Notes under the pieces: generated by a model
Told to the model about the DNA's origin: nothing
Databases searched by the model: none
Seen by the model: the letters and a program-made list of their open reading frames with translations, nothing else
Origin: a bacterium
GTDB taxonomy: Bacteria; Patescibacteriota; Minisyncoccia; Phycocordibacterales; CAIZLB01
Direction of reading: 5' to 3'
DNA: 64,000 bases
Assembly: GCA_043745355.1 (NCBI GenBank)
Contig: JAYTSY010000011.1
Coordinates: forward strand, 16,822-80,821
Position numbers and translations under genes: made by a program
Part shown: positions 10,823 to 19,481 of the stretch, one piece after another
Numbering within the stretch: the stretch's first letter is position 1
How the letters are laid out: each line of letters opens with the position of its first letter

Positions 10823-11128
10823 CTATTTAGAGGCGACTGGGACTATTGCTATTTTTAAGCCAACACCCTTCAGGATTTTATTCAAAAATCCAATGGTGGG
10901 ATTAAGGGCTTTCCCTGACTCCATACGCGCAAGTGCGGACTGGGTAATGCCGATCCTTTTTGAAAACTCGCGTTGGGTGAGTTTTTTTGCCTCACGAGCA
11001 TCGATGATCGCTCGAATGATACTGCGGTCAATCTCCCTCTGACCTTCGAGTGCTATGTATTCTGGGTCATTCTCTATTTCACTCCATAGCTCATTATCAG
11101 TTACAAATTTTAAATCTTCTTTTTTCAT
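10823..11128 (-). CDS. higA: HigA-like antitoxin, XRE-family HTH
   Basis: HTH LTQREFSKRIGITQSALARMESGK; lies directly downstream of the HigB-like toxin gene. Confidence 0.7.
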   Translation of the reverse strand: MKKEDLKFVTDNELWSEIENDPEYIALEGQREIDRSIIRAIIDAREAKKLTQREFSKRIGITQSALARMESGKALNPTIGFLNKILKGVGLKIAIVPVASK

Positions 11129-11142
11129 AATTACATGATACC

Positions 11143-11463
11143 TTATATGCTATCAGAATGCAAGTGTATTTTAATTTTTCTTGCATACTCTAAATCTAAA
11201 TTATCCAATTTCTGGCTTTTTTTAATGATTCCGTGTATTACATAAATACTTCCGTTATGAAAACAATAAATCAACCTTACTGAAACATTCCCCAACAATC
11301 TCAATTCAAATAGCCCGTCCCCTAGAGCTCTTGATAGAGGCATTTCGAGTTTGTACTCTTTCTCTTTGAGGAATTCTCGCGCGACATTTATTTTCGATTT
11401 TGTCTTGGAATCAAGCCCCCTTATAAAGTTCTTTACCGTGTCCAAATATATAATTTCCACCAC
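11143..11463 (-). CDS. higB: HigB-like toxin (RelE/ParE superfamily, Gp49-type addiction module killer)
   Basis: LGDGLFELRLLGNVSVRLIYCFHNGSIYVIHGIIKKSQK matches the HigB/Gp49 family pattern; toxin-first gene order is typical of higBA. Confidence 0.7.
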   Translation of the reverse strand: MVEIIYLDTVKNFIRGLDSKTKSKINVAREFLKEKEYKLEMPLSRALGDGLFELRLLGNVSVRLIYCFHNGSIYVIHGIIKKSQKLDNLDLEYARKIKIHLHSDSI

Positions 11464-11522
11464 CCCACCTTAACTCGCGAGATGTTATAGAAACTCAAAT
11501 AAACGATAAAATTAATGTGAAG

Positions 11523-12236
11523 CTACAGACTTTTCTTTTTCTTTGAAAAAGGTGCTTGAGTTCCCCTCCACCCTTCGATCTTTGCATGGTGCCCGCTTGT
11601 CAGGAGCTTCGGTACTCTATATTTCTTCTTTTTAAACTCTACAATCTCAGGTCGAGTGTATACATCTTTTGACGCGGCCCGTGATTCTTCCCTGCTATCA
11701 AAATTGCCGAGTACTCCAGGGACATGTCGTGAAATTGCATCAATCATAATCATGGCCGGCAATTCCCCACCAGTTGTCACAAATGGTCCGACAGAGATAT
11801 CAGTCATCTCGAACATCTTTTTGATACGTGCATCAATCCCTTCGTATCGTCCACAGATAATAATAATGTCTGAATGTGTATCAGCGTCTTTTATTGCCAT
11901 TTCATTATTAAACTGTTTTCCTGAGGGAGAAAGAAAAAATATTTGGTATTTACCTTTTACCTTTTTGATTGCGGCATCGATTGCTTTAGCAACCGGAAGT
12001 GCCTGCATGACCATTCCTGGACCTCCGCCATACGGTTTGTCATCAATACGTAGATATGGCTTTTCCTTGAAACGTTGATTGCCCGTCGGCTTCACAAAGT
12101 CGCGCGGGTTATAGAATTTCCAATCTATTTTTTTCTCCTTTTGACCTCGAGCGAGAATGGACTCACCGAGGTATGAGGAAAAACTCTCCGGAAAGAGTGT
12201 GATGAGGTGGAATGTAATGGGACGGGTCTTTTTCAT
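11523..12236 (-). CDS. trmD: tRNA (guanine37-N1)-methyltransferase TrmD
   Basis: SPOUT-fold TrmD motifs (ITLFPE, DDKPYGGGPGMVM, IIICGRYEGIDARI). The ORF track starts at a TTG at 12242; the ATG at 12236 is more likely. Confidence 0.85.
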   Translation of the reverse strand: MKKTRPITFHLITLFPESFSSYLGESILARGQKEKKIDWKFYNPRDFVKPTGNQRFKEKPYLRIDDKPYGGGPGMVMQALPVAKAIDAAIKKVKGKYQIFFLSPSGKQFNNEMAIKDADTHSDIIIICGRYEGIDARIKKMFEMTDISVGPFVTTGGELPAMIMIDAISRHVPGVLGNFDSREESRAASKDVYTRPEIVEFKKKKYRVPKLLTSGHHAKIEGWRGTQAPFSKKKKSL

Positions 12237-12240
12237 AAAC

Positions 12241-12274
12241 AAAAATCAGTGGCCTTATAGTGCCACTGATTTTT
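12241..12274 (-). terminator. Perfect 13-bp-stem hairpin with flanking A/T runs between the DUF378 gene and trmD
   Basis: aaaaatcagtggc-cttatagt-gccactgattttt; T-run on both strands. Confidence 0.45.
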
Positions 12275-12296
12275 GTTTAAGTCTAGAAACTGTGAT

Positions 12297-12533
12297 TTAC
12301 ATCATTGGTGCTGAAGAAGCAGGTGTTGTTGAGCAGCACTTGCAGTTTGCTTTGTGAGTAACGATCTCAGAGATTGCGGATAGGCCAACAAGTGTGTAAA
12401 TGATTCGAGCGACAATGGCAGCCTGTCCGCCAAAGATCATCGCGACGAGATCGTATTGGAAAAGACCGATGAGAAGCCAGTTCAACCCTCCGATAACGAG
12501 AAGGATAAACGTAACCATGTGTAATGATTTCAT
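12297..12533 (-). CDS. DUF378-family small membrane protein
   Basis: IGGLNWLLIGLFQYDLVAMIFGG matches the DUF378 GxNWGLxG core; two TM helices. Confidence 0.55.
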   Translation of the reverse strand: MKSLHMVTFILLVIGGLNWLLIGLFQYDLVAMIFGGQAAIVARIIYTLVGLSAISEIVTHKANCKCCSTTPASSAPMM

Positions 12534-12626
12534 AAACGTGAAGATTAAATTAATATTTACTACTTCTTCATTTTATCATCAGGAGAAATTAATGTGTGAA
12601 GTTATACACAACCTTCCTAACACCCC

Positions 12627-12944
12627 TTAGAGCTTGAGATCAGCCATAGCCTCGTCCACCGACTTCATCGCACTACCCTCTTTTCGAGGAGCACCACCTT
12701 CGGGTTCATTGATCTTGAGATTAACTCGAGCATTATTTTTCATACCCACTACTCGAAGGAGTGTTCGAATCGCTTTAGCGGTATTACCATCGCGGCCGAT
12801 AATCTTGCCCATATCCGCTGGGTCAACGACGAGAGTGAGGAGCACGCCCATTTCATCTACTGTTCGAACAATCTTGACCGCATCGGGGTTTTCAACAAGA
12901 GCCTTTATAACGTAATCAAGAAACTGTGTATCGCGTTCATTCAT
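12627..12944 (-). CDS. KH-domain RNA-binding protein (KhpA/YlqC-like)
   Basis: VVDPADMGKIIGRDGNTAKAIRTLL KH GxxG motif; classic position downstream of rpsP. Confidence 0.7.
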   Translation of the reverse strand: MNERDTQFLDYVIKALVENPDAVKIVRTVDEMGVLLTLVVDPADMGKIIGRDGNTAKAIRTLLRVVGMKNNARVNLKINEPEGGAPRKEGSAMKSVDEAMADLKL

Positions 12945-13047
12945 GGCTTTTCTGTAAATGTTAAAGTAATACGCTAATTATACAATGTGTGAGTGGGAGT
13001 GCAACAAAGAAAGCCTAATAACTTAAAAGTCCCCTTACTGAGGACTT

Positions 13048-13413
13048 TTAGGCTACTACTTCGGCTGCGGCAGGAGCCTCGGCCGGTGCTGACTCTGGTG
13101 CGGAGGCAACTGGTGCTTCTGCCGCTACTTCTTCTTTCTTTGGAACAGTTTTCTTTGGGAGAACGTTTCGCTTCTTTTCACTAATGATCTTGTGAGAGAC
13201 GAGGAGGTTGTGAGCAGTATCCGAAACCTGAGCACCTATACCAATCCAGTACAAAATACGCTCTTTGTTCAAAATCGTTCCATCCTTTCGAAAGTCGTGA
13301 GACCCGAGAATCTCTTGTGCCTTCTTTTTTGCGGCGTTTTTAGACTCAGTCAAAACGAGTCGGAATGCCGGCTCGTTCTTTCGTCCAATTCTCTGTAATC
13401 GAATAATCAACAT
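13048..13413 (-). CDS. rpsP: 30S ribosomal protein S16 with Ala/Pro-rich C-terminal tail
   Basis: MLIIRLQRIGRKNEPAFRLVLTESKNA is S16-like; C-terminal PKKTVPKKEEVAAEAPVASAPESAPAEAP extension. Confidence 0.9.
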   Translation of the reverse strand: MLIIRLQRIGRKNEPAFRLVLTESKNAAKKKAQEILGSHDFRKDGTILNKERILYWIGIGAQVSDTAHNLLVSHKIISEKKRNVLPKKTVPKKEEVAAEAPVASAPESAPAEAPAAAEVVA

Positions 13414-13459
13414 ATGTAGGTAGGATACTAACAGATATAGGGAATGTGGTCAAATGCTC

Positions 13460-13534
13460 GTTAAACACAGTACGGCCTCTCTCCTTGTATCCGTATCTGC
13501 GATATACAAGGAGAGAGGCCGTACTGTGTTTAAC
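13460..13534. repeat. Perfect 31-bp inverted repeat with a 13-nt loop, 46 bp upstream of the rpsP start
   Basis: gttaaacacagtacggcctctctccttgtat ... atacaaggagagaggccgtactgtgtttaac; the arms are exact reverse complements. Confidence 0.8.
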
Positions 13535-13568
13535 TTGTGGAGGTGACGGGAATTAAACCCGCTTACCC

Positions 13569-13752
13569 TGCGTGGTGAAGGCAGGGCCCCTATCTTAGGC
13601 ACCCCCATGACGTCGGTTACCAGCCTGCGTTCATCATTACTATATAAAAACACCCATTAAATACCGCTCAAAAAATACTAAATTTTCCATGAAAAAACCG
13701 CCCTCTCGGACGGTTTTTTCGGAACCTTGCCTTCACCACGCAATGTAAATAT
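13569..13752. ncRNA. Candidate structured RNA closed by a 15-bp long-range helix (strand and identity unresolved)
   Basis: tgcgtggtgaaggca (13569-13583) is exactly complementary to 13738-13752; an internal weak terminator-like hairpin aaaaaccgccctctcggacggtttttt lies at 13694-13722. No SRP, RNase P, tmRNA or tRNA consensus motifs were seen. Confidence 0.3.
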
Positions 13753-13779
13753 ATATCTCTTAATTTTCGAAGTCAAATT

Positions 13780-13804
13780 GGGGTCTGACCCCCTTTGTGA
13801 TAAT
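13780..13804 (+). promoter_or_regulatory. GGGGTCTGACCCCC palindrome abutting an extended -10 (TGTGATAAT), 11 nt upstream of the rnr ATG
   Basis: Palindrome at 13780-13793; tgtGATAAT at 13796-13804; ATG at 13816. This implies a near-leaderless transcript. Confidence 0.35.
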
Positions 13805-13815
13805 ATATAAAAACA

Positions 13816-15792
13816 ATGAACGTCATAGGCACCATAAGCCTCAACTCAAAAGGAAAAGGATTCATCACTCTCCCCGATGCCGCAAAAGATGCGGAGGATA
13901 TTGTGGTTATGCCCGAGGATATCGGTCTGGCCCTTTCTGGTGACACGATAGAAGCGACCAGTTTCAATGGATATAAAGGCGCACTGCAAGGAAAAGTGGT
14001 TAGAGTAATAGAACGAAAGAAGATCAAATATGCAGGGACTGTGACAAAGGGTATCAAAAACCCTAATAATTTCTATATCGAGGCTGATGATCATCGGGCG
14101 AATGTGACGATATATCTAAAAAATGCATCGGATTTCAAAGACCTAAAAGAAGGCCAGAAAGTATTTGCTGAGATAAATGTTGCGACATGGACCGCGGCAG
14201 ACGGACGCATTGCACCTGGTACACTTCTCGAAATCATCGGAAACAAAGGTGACAACAATACTGAAATGCGAGCTATCGTACTGGAGAGAGGTTTTGATAC
14301 TGAATTTGCGCCAGAGGTACTTGCGGGAGCTGAAGAAGCCAGCAAAAAACTTTCAAATATAACTCCCGAAGAGATAAAAGAACGACGAGATTTCCGCAAT
14401 ACATTTACCTGCACGATTGATCCAATAGACGCAAAGGATTTTGATGATGCATTGTCGATGAAGGATCTCGAGGAGAAGGATGAGCAAGGGCGACCACTCG
14501 TTGAAGTGGGCATACACATCGCGGACGTCGCACACTTCGTTGTCGAAGGCACTCCACTTGATACTGAAGCGCGTAAACGTGCCCTCTCGGTCTATCTCGT
14601 CGATCGTACTATTCCGATGCTCCCCCACGTTCTCTCAAACGGAGTGTGTAGTTTGAATCCAAACGAAGATCGTTTTGCATTTTCTGCTGTATTTGTTATG
14701 GATCGGGATGCCAATATCCGCGAACGATGGTTTGGGCGAACACTCATACACTCAAACAAAAGATTCACTTATGAAAACGCGCAGGAAGTACTGACTGCGA
14801 GTGCTGACGCTGGCGCACCGACTGGTGAATTCGCCAATGAACTTCTCGAGTTTAATCGTCTTGCAAAAATAATGCTTAAGCGTCGCAAGGAAAAGGGCGC
14901 GATTGATTTCGAGACAACTGAAATCAAATTCAAACTGGATGAAGACGGCAAACCGATTGCAGTGTTCAAGAAAGCGCGTATCGACACACACCGACTTGTT
15001 GAAGAGTTCATGTTGCTTGCAAACAAAGAAGTAGCTGAATTTATTTTCAATAAAAACAAAACTGCCACTGTACACATGGCGGGAGTCTATCGCGTACACA
15101 ATCTTCCCGATCCTGAAAAATTGCATGATCTCGCGACGTTCGTAAACGCGCTCGGACTTGATTTTCACCCGACAAAAGACATTACCCCAAAAGATGTGCA
15201 ACATCTCCTCGACCAGGCTATCGGCAATGGCGCAGAGGCTGCCATAAAAGTAGCGACACTTCGATCAATGGCAAAGGCTATTTACTCTACAAAAAATGTC
15301 GGACACTTTGGCCTCGCTTTTGAATTCTATACACACTTCACCTCTCCTATTCGACGATATCCTGACCTCTCAGTTCATCGTATCCTCGCCGATGTACTCA
15401 AGGGTAAATCAGTGACAACTCAAATGATGGCGACCCTTGAAAAAATTTGTCAGAACTCATCGAAACGTGAAGTAGAGGCTGCGGACGCAGAACGCGCATC
15501 CGTCAAATATAAACAAGTTGAGTTCATGCAGGATCGTGTTGGCAAAACATTTGATGCGATTATCTCAGGCATCACAGATTGGGGAATGTATGTCGAAGAG
15601 CCTGAAGCAAAAGCAGAAGGACTCATCCGACTCCGCGACCTTCCGGGAGATTTCTACGCAGTGGATCACAAGAATTATAAAATTGTCGGACAGCAAACAA
15701 AGAGAGAGTTCTGTTTGGGACAGGCGGTCAAAGTGCGCCTTGATGCAGCAGATTTAGATAATAGGATGTTGTCGTTTACGTTGGTTGAGTAA
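13816..15792 (+). CDS. rnr: Ribonuclease R / RNase II family exoribonuclease
   Basis: RNB signature HFGLAFEFYTHFTSPIRRYPDLSVHRIL; C-terminal S1 domain. Confidence 0.85.
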   Translation: MNVIGTISLNSKGKGFITLPDAAKDAEDIVVMPEDIGLALSGDTIEATSFNGYKGALQGKVVRVIERKKIKYAGTVTKGIKNPNNFYIEADDHRANVTIYLKNASDFKDLKEGQKVFAEINVATWTAADGRIAPGTLLEIIGNKGDNNTEMRAIVLERGFDTEFAPEVLAGAEEASKKLSNITPEEIKERRDFRNTFTCTIDPIDAKDFDDALSMKDLEEKDEQGRPLVEVGIHIADVAHFVVEGTPLDTEARKRALSVYLVDRTIPMLPHVLSNGVCSLNPNEDRFAFSAVFVMDRDANIRERWFGRTLIHSNKRFTYENAQEVLTASADAGAPTGEFANELLEFNRLAKIMLKRRKEKGAIDFETTEIKFKLDEDGKPIAVFKKARIDTHRLVEEFMLLANKEVAEFIFNKNKTATVHMAGVYRVHNLPDPEKLHDLATFVNALGLDFHPTKDITPKDVQHLLDQAIGNGAEAAIKVATLRSMAKAIYSTKNVGHFGLAFEFYTHFTSPIRRYPDLSVHRILADVLKGKSVTTQMMATLEKICQNSSKREVEAADAERASVKYKQVEFMQDRVGKTFDAIISGITDWGMYVEEPEAKAEGLIRLRDLPGDFYAVDHKNYKIVGQQTKREFCLGQAVKVRLDAADLDNRMLSFTLVE

Positions 15793-15806
15793 TGGGGTCA
15801 GGCACC
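15793..15806. repeat. Half-copy of the palindromic element (GGGGTCAGGCACC) immediately after the rnr stop
   Basis: Shares 13 nt with the 20706 hairpin arm. Confidence 0.5.
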
Positions 15807-15910
15807 AGTTTTCAATTTGCTGACTATGATCCGCTTCAATCGCATCTAATTTGTCATTTAGCGCAGATGATATATTTAGGCATGTAAATTTATGCCATAA
15901 TAAGCTAAAT

Positions 15911-15956
15911 GATAAAAAGTTCGGGCCACGACTATCGGTAAGGATAATCGTGGCCT
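15911..15956 (-). terminator. Rho-independent terminator for the 16007-16345 gene
   Basis: ggccacga...tcgtggcc 8-bp stem followed by a T-run on the minus strand. Confidence 0.45.
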
Positions 15957-16006
15957 GAATGTGTGAACTTATTTAGTTTGAATCGTTGTTAGTGGCCAGG
16001 TTCAGG

Positions 16007-16345
16007 TCAAGGATGAAGAATTTCAATTCGACGAGGGTGTGTTCCCCGTCGTTTCAATGCACGTAGATCGGCTTCTGATGGATGCTCTCGCTTCCAAACA
16101 AATGTCGAGGGGCGCTGATCAGGAGGTAATTCACCGAAGCTTTTATCGATGAAGTCAATTTTACTCGGCGAGACAGTAACGCCGGCAAGTACTTCATCTT
16201 CGTACTCTGCTGCGATGTCCGCTTTCGTAATTTTGACCACAATGACAATTCCGTCAGTGGTTACAATCGTCACTTGAACTTCTTCATCCGAAACAAGACT
16301 GACCAGCCAAAGACCGATTAACTGGTCGAGGAGTGGTAGGCTCAT
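16007..16345 (-). CDS. Hypothetical protein downstream of smc
   Basis: ORF only; no recognisable motif. Confidence 0.35.
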   Translation of the reverse strand: MSLPLLDQLIGLWLVSLVSDEEVQVTIVTTDGIVIVVKITKADIAAEYEDEVLAGVTVSPSKIDFIDKSFGELPPDQRPSTFVWKREHPSEADLRALKRRGTHPRRIEILHP

Positions 16346-16407
16346 GGTTGGGTCTAGTTAGCAATGCTAGCACAACCCTAAATGTTGGCAAGAAGAAAGG
16401 TGAATAA

Positions 16408-18690
16408 CTATTTCGCCACCGTAACTGCATCATCAAACGCAATAGAAAGAAGTTTCGAATGACCTTCACCACCCATAGTCACTCCATATATAACGCCAGC
16501 TCGAGACATAGTCTCACGATTGTGTGTAATCAAAATAAGTTGAGAATGTTTTGAAAGGGCCTCGATCATGTCGCCGTATTTACGCGAGTTGGCTTCATCA
16601 AGCGCTGCGTCTGTTTCATCGAGAATAATAAATGGCGGAGGATTCACTTGTGACATGGCAAAAAGGAGCGCGATCGAAGTGAGCGCTCGTTCTCCACCGG
16701 AGAGCATCATCAGACCTTTGGTTCGTTTGTGTGGGAGTGCAACATAAATATCAATTCCCTCTTGTATCGGTTCGTCTTCGGTATTTTCTGAGGCACCTGC
16801 AAGTTCATCGCCGAGCTCATCTGATTTTCGGCGGCGGCGGCGCTCCTCCCGAACAATATCAAGGCGCGCCTCGCCGCCGCCGAACATCAATCGGAAAAAC
16901 TTATCAAACTCTGTGTTTATTTTCTTGATACCTTCCTTGAACATAACATCCAATTTCTCCGTCAGCTCTAAAATCATAGCGGTCAGTGCGTCACTCGAAA
17001 GCTTCAGGTCTTCTAACTCTCGTGCCAAAAAAGTATCACGTTCTTCTGCTTCTTTAAATTCTCGCATCACTTCATCCCCGCCTGCTCCGCCCATTTCCTC
17101 CAATCGAATCTTATTTTTTTCGATTGCACGACGCCTCTCCGTCTGTACTTCGCGAGGCTCCACTTCGATAGTATGCTTCACATCATCTGGCATTGTCGAA
17201 AGTTCGATCTTTTCATACGCAATTGCATCGCGATTTACGATCATCACTGCCTCCTCCATATCACGCTTCCAATCCTCATCCCCTAAACGCAATCGCTCCT
17301 CTCGGAATCGCAATTGTTCCATTGTATTATGCAATTCATTCTGACGAGACATGATCTTCAAAATCGCCTTCTCTGATTCAACATTTTTATCTTTCTCCTT
17401 ATCAATATCAGTTTTAATACGAGAATATTCATCCGCTTGTTTACTCTCAGCAGTCTGGACTGCCACAAGTTCTGATTCAAATCGCTTCATGTCCGAGCTT
17501 ACTCTCTCAATCTCGGCTTGCTCATTATTTATATCAACTGCGGCCTCAGTTGATTTGTGGTATTTCAAAAACTCTCCCCACATTGATTGCACCTGCGAGA
17601 GCGCAATTCGGAGCTGTGCCACGTCTTCAATCAAAAGGGCCGAGGCAACTTTACTATCAATCTCCCGACTCAATTTTTCAACTTCTGCGAGGTATATTTG
17701 CTTCTGGCTCGCCTCGGCCGCATCTCGTTGCTTTTTTTCGATCGCACGCTTCAAGTATGCGAGCTCACCTTCAAGGCGTCCGAGCTCACGAGTGAGCGAA
17801 TCTTTCTTGCCACGAGTTTCGCGAATCTGACTGTCGAGGGTAATCAAATCAGAACTTTTTGAATTCTCTTTCTGTGCCTCTGCGAGCAATGCTTTATGTT
17901 CACTCAATTCACGCTGCAATTTTTGCAATTCGTCACCTGGCGCGGTCTTGTCGCCAATGATGCGATCACGCTCGATCTTTATGTATGCCTCCTCACGGCG
18001 AAAATATTCTTGGTACAGTGCGATCAATTCTTGTTTCAAAGTCTGCGCCTTTTCAATTTTCTCCACCTGCTTTCTCAAAAATTTTATGTGCGGTGCGATT
18101 TCACGTCGAAGCGACTCGACTTCTTTCATATGTTCCGCTGTCTTTTGGAGCTTCTTTTCGCTCTCTTCTTTTTTATATTGAAATACTTTGAGGCCGAGAG
18201 CGTCTTCTATCATCTCGCGTCGCTCGAGTGGCTGAGCACTGAGCAATCGATCCGCTTCACCTTGTGAAATGATGTGGTGCCCTGATGAGCCGATATTTGC
18301 ATGTGCCAAAAGTTCAGCAACGTCCTTGAGTCGCACCTGCGTGCCGTTTATAAAATACTCATTGATACCGTCGCGATGCACCACTCGCTCGAGAGAGACT
18401 TCATCGAAGTCCACATTGAACATGCGGTTAACATTATCAAAAACTACTTTGACTGACGCACGATTAGACCGAGAAATATCTTTACCTCCATTAAAAATCA
18501 AATCCTCTCCCTTCTTGCCTCGCATCGATTTGATTGACTGCTCACCAAGCACAAATCGAAACGACTCCGCTACATTTGATTTTCCAGAGCCATTCGGGCC
18601 TACAATAGAAGTAATGGAGGAATTGAACTCCAAAGACCCTTTCTTAGCAAAAGATTTGAAGCCGTTTATTTCAAGAGACTTGAGTTGCAT
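16408..18690 (-). CDS. smc: SMC chromosome-segregation ATPase, short (760 aa) hinge-less form
   Basis: N-terminal Walker A MQLKSLEINGFKSFAKK...VGPNGSGKSN; C-terminal signature LSGGERALTSIALLFAM and Walker B FIILDETDAALD; long coiled coil; rnc-smc synteny. Confidence 0.8.
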   Translation of the reverse strand: MQLKSLEINGFKSFAKKGSLEFNSSITSIVGPNGSGKSNVAESFRFVLGEQSIKSMRGKKGEDLIFNGGKDISRSNRASVKVVFDNVNRMFNVDFDEVSLERVVHRDGINEYFINGTQVRLKDVAELLAHANIGSSGHHIISQGEADRLLSAQPLERREMIEDALGLKVFQYKKEESEKKLQKTAEHMKEVESLRREIAPHIKFLRKQVEKIEKAQTLKQELIALYQEYFRREEAYIKIERDRIIGDKTAPGDELQKLQRELSEHKALLAEAQKENSKSSDLITLDSQIRETRGKKDSLTRELGRLEGELAYLKRAIEKKQRDAAEASQKQIYLAEVEKLSREIDSKVASALLIEDVAQLRIALSQVQSMWGEFLKYHKSTEAAVDINNEQAEIERVSSDMKRFESELVAVQTAESKQADEYSRIKTDIDKEKDKNVESEKAILKIMSRQNELHNTMEQLRFREERLRLGDEDWKRDMEEAVMIVNRDAIAYEKIELSTMPDDVKHTIEVEPREVQTERRRAIEKNKIRLEEMGGAGGDEVMREFKEAEERDTFLARELEDLKLSSDALTAMILELTEKLDVMFKEGIKKINTEFDKFFRLMFGGGEARLDIVREERRRRRKSDELGDELAGASENTEDEPIQEGIDIYVALPHKRTKGLMMLSGGERALTSIALLFAMSQVNPPPFIILDETDAALDEANSRKYGDMIEALSKHSQLILITHNRETMSRAGVIYGVTMGGEGHSKLLSIAFDDAVTVAK

Positions 18691-18744
18691 TAAGCTTTAT
18701 TTTAGCAGAAAATCACCGTTACTTCATCCCTACTTATCAAGGTT

Positions 18745-19431
18745 TTACCAGTGCTTCATTTCGAGCGCGGCTTCTGCTGCTTTCTGCTCTGCCTCTTGTT
18801 TTGATTTGCCATCGCCAGAGACGACGAGATCCTCGCTAAGGTACACCCCAACGGTAAATACTTTATTATGATCAGGTCCGCTTTCTTTGATCAATTTGTA
18901 TGCTGGGGTGACTCCCACTTTCTCCTGAGAACGCTCTTGGAAATGGCTCTTTGCATCGATGAATGCTTTATTGTCAACAATCCCCTCGATCAGACCGAAA
19001 AGCTGTGCTGCTATAAAGTCTCGCGCTGCGTCATATCCTTGATCGAGATAGAGCGCGCCAGTGAAAGATTCGAATGTGTTCGCAAGTATGTACTGGCGCG
19101 CTCGACCCGTATCTTTTGCCTCGCCTTTTGATAGAAGCAAAAATGAATTCATACCAAGCTTTTCTGCTGCTGCGGCCAATGTATTTGAATTAACAAGTGA
19201 CGATCGATACGCCGTCAATTCACCTTCAGCCTTATCAGCATATTTTTTATATAAATAATCAGTGATGACGAGTTCGAGTACTGCATCTCCCAAGAACTCA
19301 AGGCGTTCATTGTGCTCCATCTTGAGTCCACGATTTTCATTCAGGTATGAACGATGAATAAAAGCCTGCTTGAGCAGATTTTTGTCTCTGAAAACCACGT
19401 TTGCATTGCGTTCGAAAATACTGAAGTCCAT
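18745..19431 (-). CDS. rnc: Ribonuclease III
   Basis: ERLEFLGDAVLELVITDYLY signature; C-terminal dsRBD. Confidence 0.9.
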   Translation of the reverse strand: MDFSIFERNANVVFRDKNLLKQAFIHRSYLNENRGLKMEHNERLEFLGDAVLELVITDYLYKKYADKAEGELTAYRSSLVNSNTLAAAAEKLGMNSFLLLSKGEAKDTGRARQYILANTFESFTGALYLDQGYDAARDFIAAQLFGLIEGIVDNKAFIDAKSHFQERSQEKVGVTPAYKLIKESGPDHNKVFTVGVYLSEDLVVSGDGKSKQEAEQKAAEAALEMKHW

Positions 19432-19481
19432 ATGTTTGTTGGCCTAAACGTACCACCGAAATTCCCTTTTGACAATGTCGA

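Noticed and set aside
13540-13640. Assignment of the structured intergenic RNA to SRP RNA, RNase P RNA, tmRNA or a tRNA
   Set aside because: A fragment GGCAGGGCCCC resembles the 3' end of E. coli 4.5S RNA, but the domain IV GGAAGCAG motif, the P4 GAAAGUCC motif, the tmRNA tRNA-like ends and a tRNA cloverleaf are all absent. It is left as an unclassified structured element.
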